Positions 37,125 to 46,671 of a stretch of DNA of 64,000 nucleotides are shown one piece after another. The notes below the pieces were generated by a model. The model did not search any database, was not told the origin of the DNA, and was given only the letters and a program-made list of their open reading frames with translations. How positions within the stretch are numbered: position 1 is the stretch's first letter; each line of letters opens with the position of its first letter. The position numbers were made by a program, and so were the translations under genes. The DNA comes from an uncultured Methanomassiliicoccales archaeon (GTDB lineage Archaea > Thermoplasmatota > Thermoplasmata > RBG-16-68-12 > JAJISG01). The stretch is taken from contig CAYFZX010000001.1 of assembly GCA_964347795.1 (NCBI GenBank), positions 2,202 to 66,201 of the forward strand. Direction: 5' to 3'.

Positions 37125-37514
37125 TCAGTACACGTATGCCAGGAGCCGACCGCCGACACCCTCGTCTTTCGCCTGAGAATGCGTAAGGACTCCCTTCGTT
37201 GTCGTCAGTATGAGGAGGCCGAAATCTTGAGCAGGGAGGTATCTAGACTCATACCGGTCCAGCTCACCGACCTTGACGGCAAAGCGTGGCCTGATCACGC
37301 CGCAGTCGTTCACGTTCCCCTTGAGGTCGACCACGAAGTACCCTCCCCTCCCGTCCTCCCTCAACTCGAAGGCCTGAATGTAGTCCGACTCCTGCATAAC
37401 CCTCAGAACCCGACCGATGAGCCTGGAGGCTGGCTTGATGTTGCACGACGTGTGACCGCTGTCCTCCGCGTTTTTCAGGGACACCAGGGCGTCGTTGAGG
37501 GGATCATGTCTCAT
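37125..37514 (-). CDS. rps8: Ribosomal protein uS8
   Basis: MRHDPLNDALVSLKNAEDSGH... The start is the internal ATG. Confidence 0.85.
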   Translation of the reverse strand: MRHDPLNDALVSLKNAEDSGHTSCNIKPASRLIGRVLRVMQESDYIQAFELREDGRGGYFVVDLKGNVNDCGVIRPRFAVKVGELDRYESRYLPAQDFGLLILTTTKGVLTHSQAKDEGVGGRLLAYVY

Positions 37515-37522
37515 CAAATCAC

Positions 37523-37672
37523 CTAGGAATACTTCCTGAAGCCGAGCTCGAAGGCCATCTCTCGAAAGCATTGACGACATAGGTGGAGGCCATATCGCCT
37601 GACGATGCCCCTCTTCCGGCCGCACCGTAGACATCCCACCTTTCGGCCGAACTGCTTCCGAGTCCTGACCAT
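37523..37672 (-). CDS. rps14: Ribosomal protein uS14 (type Z, zinc-binding; 49 aa)
   Basis: Translated by hand: [49 protein letters not shown]. It was not in the ORF track because it is short. Confidence 0.85.
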   Translation of the reverse strand: MVRTRKQFGRKVGCLRCGRKRGIVRRYGLHLCRQCFREMAFELGFRKYS

Positions 37673-37677
37673 CGTTA

Positions 37678-38184
37678 TTACCTCACCTCCGCGCCGAGCC
37701 TCTCCTTGGCGAAAGTCATGGCCTCCTCTCGGCCAACACGGTGCCGGTGAGGCAACGTTCGCCGGCCGATTCGCCTCCTGGCCACCCGATAACCGGGCCG
37801 CTGGAGGGAGACGTTGACGTCCATGCCGAAGAGGCCGACCTCAGGGTCGTACTTCATGCCCTCGAAATCCGTGTAGTCAACGATGCCGAAGGAGAAGTTG
37901 CCTTCGGGATCGAAGTTGTATCTGTTGAGGAGCTTGTCCCTGGCCACGAGGGCTTCCCTGAGAAATTTCTCGGCCCTTTCCCCTCGGAGGGTGACTTTCG
38001 CGCCGATGGGCATCCCTCGCCGGATACCCCAGTCCCGAATGGTCTTCTTCGAGATAGTCTGGATAGCCCGCTGTCCTGTGAGGGTCTCGAGGACCTTCTG
38101 GGCCTTCAGGAGCTTGTCTCCTGCTTCACCTACCCCGATGTGTACGACCACCTTTTCTATCCGGATGTCACGCATCGCGTTCAT
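37678..38184 (-). CDS. rpl5: Ribosomal protein uL5
   Basis: L5 pattern. Confidence 0.9.
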   Translation of the reverse strand: MNAMRDIRIEKVVVHIGVGEAGDKLLKAQKVLETLTGQRAIQTISKKTIRDWGIRRGMPIGAKVTLRGERAEKFLREALVARDKLLNRYNFDPEGNFSFGIVDYTDFEGMKYDPEVGLFGMDVNVSLQRPGYRVARRRIGRRTLPHRHRVGREEAMTFAKERLGAEVR

Positions 38185-38192
38185 GGGATTCC

Positions 38193-38894
38193 TCAGGCCG
38201 AGCTCTCGGGGAAGGCGATGACAGGTTTCTGCTTCCCCACCACGAAGGCATAGTCCTGAATCGTGGAGAAGCCCTCCGCGAAGAGGACGACGTTGGGACG
38301 GGAGCTCCGCTCCACAATGACCTCGGCGATGTGGCCAAGCTGACCAACGTGCTTCCCCCCGATCAGCAAGGCAACGCTCCCCTCTTGGAAGGGATAGGCG
38401 TCCATGATCTCCTGTCCTGGCAGGGCTATCTTGAGGGTGTCGCGGGTGGAGTGCCCGTCCTTCGACAGGATGTTACGGCCGTCAGAGAGGTTGAGCTGGA
38501 TGCGGCCGCCTCGGAGGACAGTCTTGTTCTCGATCCTGGCGAGCTTCCACTCGGCCTCGCGATCCTTGATGGGAACGAGCTGGAACCGGCCTCGGGTGTC
38601 GACGAGGATCCGGTAGTGCTCTCCGACGTCTGGCAGCGACATCGTGTCCATAAGGCCCAGGGGGAACCCTGGGTCTCGAACGAGGCGACCATCCACCACC
38701 ACCCTTCGGGAGCGAACAACCGACTTCGCCTCTCGGGCGTTGTCGCAGTAGTGGAGCATGTCTCGTAGGACCAGGAGTAGAGGGATGCAGCGGTTCACCG
38801 GGTGGGGGCCGGGGGACGGGTTGATCACCCACTTGTATCGCTTCCGGGGGATGCTCCATGCCTTGGGAGCCATCAGCCTCTTCCGCCTCGTCAT
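38193..38894 (-). CDS. rps4e: Ribosomal protein eS4
   Basis: S4e pattern, 233 aa. Confidence 0.9.
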   Translation of the reverse strand: MTRRKRLMAPKAWSIPRKRYKWVINPSPGPHPVNRCIPLLLVLRDMLHYCDNAREAKSVVRSRRVVVDGRLVRDPGFPLGLMDTMSLPDVGEHYRILVDTRGRFQLVPIKDREAEWKLARIENKTVLRGGRIQLNLSDGRNILSKDGHSTRDTLKIALPGQEIMDAYPFQEGSVALLIGGKHVGQLGHIAEVIVERSSRPNVVLFAEGFSTIQDYAFVVGKQKPVIAFPESSA

Positions 38895-39268
38895 CTTCCT
38901 CCCCTAGCCCGCTCAATGAGCTTCCTTCTCCACGGGTCTGACATGTCCAGCTTGGTGATCGTTACGTTCGAGGGGTGGATAGGTCGTCCTACCTCTGTGC
39001 CGTCCGCCTTGGTCACCGTTGCGCCGTCGACAAAAATCCTCAAGGCCCGACGGTCCACGCCAGTAACCTTCCCCTCATGGCCCCGGTCATCGCCTCGCAT
39101 GATGAGGACGGTGTCGCCCTCACGCACCGGCAGGGACCTGGGGTAGGCGACCTTGGTGTCCTCCAGGAACTTGGTGCTCATGTGAGCGGACATCAGCTTC
39201 TCTCGCTCATGTTGGTGGCTCTGGTGTACCCGCTTCCTCTGTTTCCCCGGTTTCGTGGTCTTCGCCAT
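38891..39268 (-). CDS. rpl24: Ribosomal protein uL24
   Basis: MAKTTKPGKQRKRVHQ...VREGDTVLIMRGDDRGHEGKV. Confidence 0.85.
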   Translation of the reverse strand: MAKTTKPGKQRKRVHQSHQHEREKLMSAHMSTKFLEDTKVAYPRSLPVREGDTVLIMRGDDRGHEGKVTGVDRRALRIFVDGATVTKADGTEVGRPIHPSNVTITKLDMSDPWRRKLIERARGGR

Positions 39269-39276
39269 ATGGTCAC

Positions 39277-39675
39277 CTACATGATCATGGACGCAGTGGC
39301 GGCGATTCTGGGCCACCGCTCTGCAGCCTCCCGGGCCACGGGTCCCTTGATGTCGGAACCCCTGGTCTCACCCGTCTCCGTGGTTATTACGCAGGCATTG
39401 TCCTCGAACTGGACCATCAGACCATCCGGTCGTCGGAAGGGTCTCCTCTGTCTGACGACGACGGCGTTCACAATCTGCTTCCTCATGTCCGGGCTTCCCT
39501 TCTTTACCGTCCCGACGACGATGTCTCCCAAAGCCGCCGCGGGGTACCTGCGGCGGACTCCTTTGTAGCCGAGGACCGCGATGATCTCGACCAGCTTCGC
39601 GCCCGTGTTGTCGATGCACTCAAGCCTCGCCCCGCGGGGGAGACCTCGCGTCTGTTTCCCTGGAAGACCCTTCAG
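39277..39675 (-). CDS. rpl14: Ribosomal protein uL14; the conserved N-terminus has no in-frame ATG/GTG/TTG
   Basis: ...KGLPGKQTRGLPRGARLECIDNTGAKLVEIIAVLGYKGV... lies in frame upstream of the only canonical start (an internal TTG). The nearest start is a TTG directly after the S17 stop, but it is offset by 1 nt. Confidence 0.75.
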   Translation of the reverse strand: MKGLPGKQTRGLPRGARLECIDNTGAKLVEIIAVLGYKGVRRRYPAAALGDIVVGTVKKGSPDMRKQIVNAVVVRQRRPFRRPDGLMVQFEDNACVITTETGETRGSDIKGPVAREAAERWPRIAATASMIM

Positions 39676-39679
39676 GCAA

Positions 39680-40021
39680 CTACCCCCGCTTTGCGACCAC
39701 GACGAAGGAAACCGTCTTTCCTAGCGGCCTGCACTCCCCTATCAGGACCCTGTCGCCCAGTTCTATCTCCAAACAGGGGGGCGTGTGAGCCTTGTACTTG
39801 GACTGTCGCTTTTCCAGCCTCTCGAATTTCGGGACGAGTCTCTGGTAGTCCCGCCGCACGGTCACGGTCCTCCGCATCTTCTCCGAAATGACGGTACCCT
39901 CAAGCAGTGCTCCCCGGACCTTTAGGTGGCCATGGAAGGGGCACTTTGGATCACGGCACTCCTTCTCTGGCTGGGGAACATCCAGTCCCGCCCCGCGCGT
40001 CTTTGCGACCATTCTCGTCAC
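39680..40021 (-). CDS. rps17: Ribosomal protein uS17
   Basis: S17 pattern. Confidence 0.9.
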   Translation of the reverse strand: MTRMVAKTRGAGLDVPQPEKECRDPKCPFHGHLKVRGALLEGTVISEKMRRTVTVRRDYQRLVPKFERLEKRQSKYKAHTPPCLEIELGDRVLIGECRPLGKTVSFVVVAKRG

Positions 40022-40302
40022 CTTGCCTTCTTGATCCTGTCCTCAGGCCTGTGGAGAAGCCTATCTCCCGAAATCAGCACCTCCTCGCCTAACTGGAAGG
40101 CGAAGATCGAACCCCTCTTGGGGATCGTGAGCTCCCGGCCTTCAACCTCAATGTGGAGGGTATGCTGGGTCTCGTCCACCACCCGGCCCTCCAGGCCTTG
40201 GTGACCAGGGTCGGCAGCTTCCACCACCCGGGCACCCAAACCGATGAGCTCATGCTTCACTAGGAACTTCTTGCGGCTCCTCCCTACATCATCTAACCTC
40301 AA
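40018..40302 (-). CDS. rnp1: RNase P protein component 1 (Rpp29/Pop4)
   Basis: 94 aa with an Rpp29-like Sm-fold pattern, in its canonical position between L29 and S17. Confidence 0.7.
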   Translation of the reverse strand: MRLDDVGRSRKKFLVKHELIGLGARVVEAADPGHQGLEGRVVDETQHTLHIEVEGRELTIPKRGSIFAFQLGEEVLISGDRLLHRPEDRIKKAR

Positions 40303-40585
40303 CGTTATAGCCCAACTCCAACAGCGTCTGTTCGACTTTCTTGCGGTGTTCTCCCTGTAGTTCGATCCTGCCTTTCTTGACGGTACCGCCGGCGGCTACT
40401 TTCGTCTTCAGGGTCCGAGCGAGCTCGTCCAGGTCCACATCGCCCGCATCGAGCCCTTCCACGATGGTTACCACCTTTCCATACCGACGCCTGTCGCTGG
40501 TTATTCGTATTCGCTGGGTCTCCTTGGCGATCTCCTCGCAGATGCAGAGCTCCTCTGGAAGCCCACAGGTCGCGCAGATCGCCAT
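40289..40585 (-). CDS. Translation initiation factor SUI1/aSUI1
   Basis: MAICATCGLPEELCICEEIAKE... SUI1 fold, 98 aa. Confidence 0.85.
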   Translation of the reverse strand: MAICATCGLPEELCICEEIAKETQRIRITSDRRRYGKVVTIVEGLDAGDVDLDELARTLKTKVAAGGTVKKGRIELQGEHRKKVEQTLLELGYNVEVR

Positions 40586-40834
40586 CTAGCCCCTATCCTC
40601 CTGAATCTCTTCCTTCACGGTTTCCTTCACTCCCTCGAGTTCTTCTTCAGACAGTACAGTGAGTATGCGGGAGATGTTCTTCCTGAGGGCACGAATCTTG
40701 CCAGGACTCGGGGGGGCACCGCCCATTGCGGCCACGCCCCGCTCGTACATCAGCTCGTCCTGGAGTTCCTTCAGTCTGGACACCCTCTGGGCAACGGACA
40801 TCTCCTTGATTTCTTGGACCCGCAGCAGCGCCAT
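40586..40834 (-). CDS. rpl29: Ribosomal protein uL29
   Basis: L29 pattern. Confidence 0.85.
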   Translation of the reverse strand: MALLRVQEIKEMSVAQRVSRLKELQDELMYERGVAAMGGAPPSPGKIRALRKNISRILTVLSEEELEGVKETVKEEIQEDRG

Positions 40835-41827
40835 CTACGCCTCCTTCTTCTCGTCCTCATCCTTGGTGGGACCTTGCTTCTTGGCGCCTTCTTCACTCTT
40901 CTTGGCGGCCTTCGAGGGCTCCGAGGGGGTCTTGGCCCCCTTGGCCGCTGCCTTCTCCTTCCCTTCCCCAACCTTCTCAGCCTCGGCTTCCTCTGGCTCC
41001 TCGACCTCCTGTCCCTCCGGTTCGGGAAGCTCTGTCTCTTCCACGGGCTTGACATCCGCTTCCACGCCGACGTCTTCCGCAGTCTTCTTGTTCCGCTCTA
41101 GCTGCTTTTCCACTCGCCCGCCAGCCACGGCCTCCTTCTCCTCTCGGGCCTTCGTCAGAATCTTGGCGGCCTCCTCGGCCACCTCCTCTTCGGCCTCGAC
41201 CTCTGGCACCGGGGCGACCTCCTCAACCGCAACCCGTGCTCGCACCTCAATCTCGTCCGGGAAGTTCGCATCGGGGTCCGTGATCCACACGGTGACGCCG
41301 ATGACCCCTTTCTTTACCTTGGCGGTGGCGAAGCCAACGCGGACAAAGTCATTCTTCGGCTCACCGCAGTATTTGATGTGGCCCGCCTTGAACTTCTGAG
41401 TCCTGTGCCTCTGACTCGTCAGCTTGCCTGATATCTTTATGAGGGAACCCTTGGCCCCCGCCTCCATAATCCGTCGCAAGGTGGAGTGGCCCGCTCGGCG
41501 GAAGTGCCACCCCCGCTCCAGAGCGCTGGCCAACTTCTCCGCCATGATCTGGGCGTTGAGGGCCGGGAGACCCACCTCCTCCACCTCTATTTGCGGATTG
41601 TCCAGGTCGAAACTACGGTCGATGGAACTCGTCAACTCCTTTATGGAAGCCCCACGGCGTCCTATGACGATGCCTGGCCTCTCGGCGAAGAGAGTAATGC
41701 GGGTGCCCATGGGTGTCCTCTGAATGTCTAGGCCCCCGAAGCCCGCCCTCTGAGTCTCCTTCATCACGTACTCCTTCAGGAGAACCCGCTTGAGATTGTC
41801 CTCCACGATCTTCCTCTCGCCCGCCAC
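40835..41827 (-). CDS. rps3: Ribosomal protein uS3 with a ~110-aa K/E/A-rich C-terminal tail
   Basis: S3 KH and C-terminal domains through residue ~215, then a low-complexity charged tail (…EEVAPVPEVEAEEEVAEEAAKILTKAREEKE…KKEA). Confidence 0.9.
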   Translation of the reverse strand: MAGERKIVEDNLKRVLLKEYVMKETQRAGFGGLDIQRTPMGTRITLFAERPGIVIGRRGASIKELTSSIDRSFDLDNPQIEVEEVGLPALNAQIMAEKLASALERGWHFRRAGHSTLRRIMEAGAKGSLIKISGKLTSQRHRTQKFKAGHIKYCGEPKNDFVRVGFATAKVKKGVIGVTVWITDPDANFPDEIEVRARVAVEEVAPVPEVEAEEEVAEEAAKILTKAREEKEAVAGGRVEKQLERNKKTAEDVGVEADVKPVEETELPEPEGQEVEEPEEAEAEKVGEGKEKAAAKGAKTPSEPSKAAKKSEEGAKKQGPTKDEDEKKEA

Positions 41828-42270
41828 TACGCCACCTCCTTGAGGACGACTTCGACGTTTGTCGTCTCTTTGAGCCAGGGGCTGCTCCTGCCATACGCCC
41901 TGGGCCTGTAGGACTTGGTGGGTTGGCCGCGATAAGCGGAGATGTGGAAGACCACCATGTTGTCGGTGTCCAGCCCCTTATACTCCGCGTTCTGCTCCGC
42001 GCTCTCCAGGAGCGCGAGGAGGTGCTTGGCCACCTTGGCGGGGTAACCGCCGGCGCCTTGGCGAGGACGGTGGGCAACCTGCTTCTTGTACCTTCTGTAG
42101 GTGATCGCTTGCCGCTTCTCGATGACATCCTCCAGCATCGCTTTCGCGGCGTCCAGCGGCTTCCTCCGAAGCGCCCGGCAGACTTCGCGGGCCTTCTTCG
42201 GCGAAATGGGGAGCTCCCGTCCGTGGGCCTTTGCCGTCGTCTCCTCGTCCACTACCAGAGAGTACCCCAT
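41827..42270 (-). CDS. rpl22: Ribosomal protein uL22
   Basis: L22 pattern. Confidence 0.9.
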   Translation of the reverse strand: MGYSLVVDEETTAKAHGRELPISPKKAREVCRALRRKPLDAAKAMLEDVIEKRQAITYRRYKKQVAHRPRQGAGGYPAKVAKHLLALLESAEQNAEYKGLDTDNMVVFHISAYRGQPTKSYRPRAYGRSSPWLKETTNVEVVLKEVA

Positions 42271-42279
42271 TTCTCACCC

Positions 42280-42741
42280 CTATTTCAGCGGTAGGAACTT
42301 CGAGGAGCGCGTGGCACCCACCCCAGGTCCCGAGTGTTTCACGGGCTTCCTGGTGAGGGCGAACTCCCCCAAGTAGTGGCCAATCATCTCTGGCCTGATC
42401 TCGAATCTGACGAAGTCCTTTCCATTGTGGACGGCGACTTCCTTCCCGACGAAATGAGGCAGGATGGGAATGTCGCGGCGGTGTGTCCTGATCAGTTCCT
42501 CCTTCGGGGCCCGCAGCTTTTCCACGACGATTCGGTGCTCCTCGGACAGTCCTCGAGAATAGGTCCGCCGGATGCGGGCAGGCATGAGCTGAAGGACCCG
42601 GTCCACGCTCATCTCCTGGAGCTCATCCACGCTGTAGCCCTGGTAGGTGAACTCCCTCTTCCTGCGGGCCTCTGCCGCCCCGGCCTTCTTCCTAGCCCGT
42701 CGTCGTGCGGCCCTCGCCGACCCGGTTCCTCGCTTAGGCAT
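42280..42741 (-). CDS. rps19: Ribosomal protein uS19
   Basis: S19 pattern (HNGKDFVRFEIRPEMIGHYLGEF). Confidence 0.9.
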   Translation of the reverse strand: MPKRGTGSARAARRRARKKAGAAEARRKREFTYQGYSVDELQEMSVDRVLQLMPARIRRTYSRGLSEEHRIVVEKLRAPKEELIRTHRRDIPILPHFVGKEVAVHNGKDFVRFEIRPEMIGHYLGEFALTRKPVKHSGPGVGATRSSKFLPLK

Positions 42742-43446
42742 CTACTTCTTCCCCCTCTTCTTCTTCTTCTTTGGCGACAGCCTGCCCACCTTTCTCCCGG
42801 GAGGCGCGTGCCGGGAAACCGTGCTTGGCCGCCCCACGTGCTGGTGGGCCCCGCCACCGTGAGGATGGCTTACCGCGTTCATGGCGACGCCCCGGACCTT
42901 GAAGGGTTCCTTCCCGGTGCTCCGGAAGGCCCCAATCTTCTTCCCCGCTCGGGCGAAGGGCTTCTCCTTGTGTCCAGAGCCAGCCACCACACCGATCTGA
43001 GCCTTGCACTGGGGGTCCAGGCGCTTATACTTCCCCGAGGTCAATTGGAGCGTCGTCTTCGCCCCTTGCCCAAAGATCAGTGCCGAGGATCCGGCGGCCC
43101 GACAGAGCCTCCCGCCATCGCCTGGCTTCGTCTCGATGTTGTACACCAGGGTCCCCTCGGGGAGCTTGCCAATCTCCATGACGTTGCCCCGCTCGACGGG
43201 TCCGAGGCCGATGGTGACCTCCTGGCCCTCGAAGATCCCGTCGGAGGCAATCATGAGGTAGTCCTCATCGTTGAACTTGACCCGAACGAGCGGGGCGGAT
43301 CTTCCTGGGGCGTGGAGTAGCTCCTGCACAACTCCTTTGGCCTTCTTCAGCGGGGGAAAGGACACGGCACCGGCGTGCCTATGGCTGGGGGACCTGAAGG
43401 TCGAAGAGCCCCGTCCTCGGCGTTGAGCTATGATGTTCTTCCCCAT
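42742..43446 (-). CDS. rpl2: Ribosomal protein uL2
   Basis: MGKNIIAQRRGRGSS... L2 pattern. Confidence 0.9.
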   Translation of the reverse strand: MGKNIIAQRRGRGSSTFRSPSHRHAGAVSFPPLKKAKGVVQELLHAPGRSAPLVRVKFNDEDYLMIASDGIFEGQEVTIGLGPVERGNVMEIGKLPEGTLVYNIETKPGDGGRLCRAAGSSALIFGQGAKTTLQLTSGKYKRLDPQCKAQIGVVAGSGHKEKPFARAGKKIGAFRSTGKEPFKVRGVAMNAVSHPHGGGAHQHVGRPSTVSRHAPPGRKVGRLSPKKKKKRGKK

Positions 43447-43455
43447 GGCATCCCC

Positions 43456-43726
43456 TAGAACACGCCAATTCTCGTGCCGATCTCCTCTGCGGAGTAGCCC
43501 TCTTTGAGCTTGATGATGGCGTGCTTTCCGTCCTTCTTCATATGAGTGTTGACCTTTTCTACTTTGGCTTCGAAGAGTTCCTCGAAGGCCTTCCTGATCT
43601 CAACCTTCGTAGCATCCCGCTTGACAACGAATTCCAGCTTGTTGCCATCCCGGAAATCCTGGGCCGCGGTGCCGGAGAGCAGATTGAGAGACTTCTCCGT
43701 AACAATGGGGTAGAGAATAATCTCAT
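43456..43726 (-). CDS. rpl23: Ribosomal protein uL23; the start is shifted relative to the body
   Basis: Hand-translated body ...IILYPIVTEKSLNLLSGTAAQDFRDGNKLEFVVKRDATKVEIRKAFEELFEAKVEKVNTHMKKDGKHAIIKLKEGYSAEEIGTRIGVF. The only nearby ATG (43726) is out of frame by 2 nt. Confidence 0.75.
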
Positions 43727-43735
43727 GGGGGCTCG

Positions 43736-44737
43736 CTACGCCTTCCAGGTTCCCACCTCCTCGAAGGCTTCTTGGCTGAACAAGGTCAGTCGCCCGGGTA
43801 CCCCACCCGGAGCCAGGAGTTCGGCATTCAGTCCCTGCGGATTGGCTATCTCAACGCCTGGAAGATTCCTGAACGCCTTGCCCCCAGGGCAACCCGGAGA
43901 GAGGACAACCAAGGGACCCTTCTTCCTCCGGTACCGCCGGCCCCTCATCTTCCCCCTGCCCGCCCTCACATTCTTCACGGAGGCCCTCTCAATGTCCTCG
44001 TGGAGTCCAAGACGATCGAGGAGCTCTGCCGCGTCCTTCGTCCTCTCTAGCTTCTCCACCTTGCCCTCCACGACCACCGGAAGGGACACTTGGTCGTTGA
44101 AGCGGTGACCGCGGCCGGCCACGAGCTGAGGGTCCGCGGTGGCGGCGAGGGCGGAGAAGCGGGCAAACCTCCTCTCCTTCTTATTGAGTTTCTTCTCCCA
44201 GATCCGCTCTGGCCGCGGTGGGTGGGCCCTCCGACCGCCAACAGTACCCGGTGCCTGAGCCGCTCGCCGACTGTCCTTCAGTCTCGGAACTCGGGATACC
44301 CCCCGCCCCTTACCCCACCAGGAGACCGAATGCTGCAATCCTGAGAGGGAACTGGGGCCGTAGGGCTGCCGCCTGTTGGCCCTGAAGGCGTCCACAGCGC
44401 GCTTGATCAGGTCCACGCGCACCTCCCCCTGGAAGACCGGTGGCAGGTCGATGACCTTCTTGACCTTGCCGTCCAACGAATAGACGTATACCTGGCCCGC
44501 CTTTCGTTTAGGGAGCTTCGGCTTCTTGACCTCCTCTTCCACTTCCTCAATGACGAGGTACTCCTCCGACTCCAGATGAGCGATGAGGCGCTTCCTGAGC
44601 TCATCCACCTTGCCCTCGGAGTCCAGGTCAAAGGCTTGGCACCACTCCTGCAGCTGAGCCTTCCTGGCCTTCCGCACGTCCTTGGGTTCGATCTGCGGAA
44701 GCTCTTCCTCCTTGGGTTTCTTCGCCATCCTAGGCAC
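43736..44737 (-). CDS. rpl4: Ribosomal protein uL4 with an N-terminal SAP-like domain and acidic linker
   Basis: L4 core from about residue 75. N-terminus VRKARKAQLQEWCQAFDLDSEGKVDELRKRLIAHLE followed by an acidic linker. Confidence 0.85.
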   Translation of the reverse strand: MPRMAKKPKEEELPQIEPKDVRKARKAQLQEWCQAFDLDSEGKVDELRKRLIAHLESEEYLVIEEVEEEVKKPKLPKRKAGQVYVYSLDGKVKKVIDLPPVFQGEVRVDLIKRAVDAFRANRRQPYGPSSLSGLQHSVSWWGKGRGVSRVPRLKDSRRAAQAPGTVGGRRAHPPRPERIWEKKLNKKERRFARFSALAATADPQLVAGRGHRFNDQVSLPVVVEGKVEKLERTKDAAELLDRLGLHEDIERASVKNVRAGRGKMRGRRYRRKKGPLVVLSPGCPGGKAFRNLPGVEIANPQGLNAELLAPGGVPGRLTLFSQEAFEEVGTWKA

Positions 44738-45731
44738 CTTGCTTCGATGTCAGGGAGACGTAGGTCAGCTCAGGCTCCTCCACCAGCCTCACCTTGGCGG
44801 CCCGCATTGGGTCCCTGAACCGCACGAGGCGCTTGCAGGGCCCTGGAATGGAGCCTTTGACCAGCAGGTAGGTGTTCTTCACTTCGCCGTAGCGCAGGAA
44901 GCCTCCCTGAGGGTTGATCTCCGCCCCGTCGTCTCCAATCTTCACGATCAATTTGTTGTATTCCGTCCTCTGGTGATAGCCCATTTGGCCCGCCTGAGGG
45001 ACCGTCGGCCGCGTGTAGCCGGGCTTGAAGGTCCCCAGGGTTCCAACGCGCCTCCTTATCTTGCTGTCCTTGTGGCTGAGTATCTTGATGCCCCAACGCT
45101 TGACGGCACCTTGGAAGCCCTTGCCTTTCGTGACGGCTGCGACATCGACAAGCTGGCCCTCCTCCGCGAAGTCCTGAAGGGCCACCTCGTTGCCCAGGAT
45201 GCCTCTAGCATACTCCAACCTCTCCTCGACGGTGCCGCCGCCGACGCGAGTCTCCATGAGATCGGGCACTTTCTTCGCGAGTCCCATGATGCGCCCGGGC
45301 TGAGTATGTGTGAAGACCCTGACCTCATCCACCTTGGCGGGGTCGAGCTTGGCCCAGGCCGCCTCGGGTGCGTTCCCTTTGGGGAGAGGCAGCCTTTGCG
45401 CCAAACCGCTGTCAAGGTTCTTCGACCAGATCTCGCCTGTTGCTTTCAACCCTGCATTGCCCTCCCGATAGAGCCTCACTCCCGCGATGCGCATCGGTGG
45501 GGCCTCGACGACGGTCACGGGGATCTGGATCTCCTGCCCGGCCGTCGTGCTGTGGGGATTGAAGTCTACCATGAGGACGTGGGTCATCCCCGCCTTATAC
45601 CCCGCGAAGGACTGCAATCTAGGGCCGTCGCTAGCCTCGGGCCAGGAGTTGAATAGGGGCACCTCCTTCCCGGCCCGCTTCCGTGGCGAATATGCCATGG
45701 AGCCGTGCCTGGGCCTTCTAGCACTAGGCAT
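44730..45731 (-). CDS. rpl3: Ribosomal protein uL3
   Basis: L3 pattern (RKRAGKEV..., FAGYKAGMTHV...). Confidence 0.9.
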   Translation of the reverse strand: MPSARRPRHGSMAYSPRKRAGKEVPLFNSWPEASDGPRLQSFAGYKAGMTHVLMVDFNPHSTTAGQEIQIPVTVVEAPPMRIAGVRLYREGNAGLKATGEIWSKNLDSGLAQRLPLPKGNAPEAAWAKLDPAKVDEVRVFTHTQPGRIMGLAKKVPDLMETRVGGGTVEERLEYARGILGNEVALQDFAEEGQLVDVAAVTKGKGFQGAVKRWGIKILSHKDSKIRRRVGTLGTFKPGYTRPTVPQAGQMGYHQRTEYNKLIVKIGDDGAEINPQGGFLRYGEVKNTYLLVKGSIPGPCKRLVRFRDPMRAAKVRLVEEPELTYVSLTSKQGA

Positions 45732-46010
45732 TCGCTATCTCCGCCTGCGGGGAGCGCAGGCGCTCCTCGGCAAGGTCGTGGCGCTTGTTCCGGCGCAGAA
45801 GCATAGCGCCGCAACGCTGGGACTATCGCCCATGGGCGTCTGACCTTGCAGCAGGTTTTGAGGATTCGCCCATATATAATCGTTTGCTAGACCGAATCGC
45901 GACGGCACCCCTCGCTCACCCAAGTTCAAGGGTGGACCATTTTCTTCCCACGATCAGGGACGACGCCCCGTGGACTGGCCGCCGCTATCGCGCCTGATAA
46001 CATCGGCCCA

Positions 46011-46017
46011 ACGTTTA
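46011..46017 (+). promoter_or_regulatory. TTTATAT TATA box about 33 bp upstream of the first small-GTPase ATG
   Basis: AT-rich heptamer. A second strong ATATATAAT lies at 45869-45877 in the same 300-bp intergenic region. Confidence 0.4.
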
Positions 46018-46049
46018 TATGCAGACTCACAAGGTTGCTTCTGAGGGCT

Positions 46050-46613
46050 ATGGGAGCCAAGCGGATCAAGATGAAGGTCTGTCTCGTGGGGGAGGCCGCG
46101 GTCGGCAAGACGAGCCTCATCCGCCGCTTCGTCCACGACAACTTCGACGACAAGTACATCCAGACTCTCGGGACCAAGGTGTCCAAGAAAGAGATTGGCT
46201 TGGACACGCCGGGGGACGATGGTGTCCAGGTGGACATGACCATCTGGGACATCATGGGACAGAAAGGCTTCCGAGAGCTCCTCAAGGAGGCTTACTTCTA
46301 CGGCGCCAAAGGGATCATCGCCGTCTGCGACGTGAGCAGGAAGAACACGCTGGACGACCTGGACGATTGGATTGAGGGCGTTTACAGCGTGACGGGCCGC
46401 ATCCCCATTGAGATCTTCGCCAACAAGGTCGACCTGGAGGACAAGACAGAAGTCGGCAAGGGCGAGGTGGAGCAGTTCTCCAAGGCCTATGACTCTCCCT
46501 TCCATTTCACGAGCGCAAAGACAGGAGAGAACGTGGAGGACGCCTTCAAGGGCTTGGCCCGCCGAATAGCGGAGGAACGGCTGGCCCAGAGCGTCATCCA
46601 AGGCGCGAAGTAG
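46050..46613 (+). CDS. Rab/Ras-like small GTPase, paralog 1 (canonical Gln in G3)
   Basis: G1 LVGEAAVGKTSL, switch-I YIQTLGTKV, G3 WDIMGQ, G4 NKVD, G5 TSAKTGENV. No C-terminal Cys. Confidence 0.85.
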   Translation: MGAKRIKMKVCLVGEAAVGKTSLIRRFVHDNFDDKYIQTLGTKVSKKEIGLDTPGDDGVQVDMTIWDIMGQKGFRELLKEAYFYGAKGIIAVCDVSRKNTLDDLDDWIEGVYSVTGRIPIEIFANKVDLEDKTEVGKGEVEQFSKAYDSPFHFTSAKTGENVEDAFKGLARRIAEERLAQSVIQGAK

Positions 46614-46671
46614 AATCAGCGTTGATACGCTGGTGGGAAGGGTTATCTTCTGCGGGCTCAGAGCAGTCTCG

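Noticed and set aside
40018-40585. SUI1 and an RNase P Rpp29 gene embedded in the ribosomal protein operon
   Set aside because: This arrangement (S3-L29-SUI1-Rpp29-S17) is the normal conserved archaeal order and is not an insertion or novelty.
45868-45880. Strong ATATATAAT box in the uL3-upstream intergenic region, which could be the promoter of an unannotated ncRNA between rpl3 and the GTPases
   Set aside because: No recognisable tRNA or other RNA structure follows it on either strand. It is more simply the r-protein operon promoter with a ~140-nt leader (on the minus strand) or an upstream element of the GTPase promoter. Left as an unassigned possibility.
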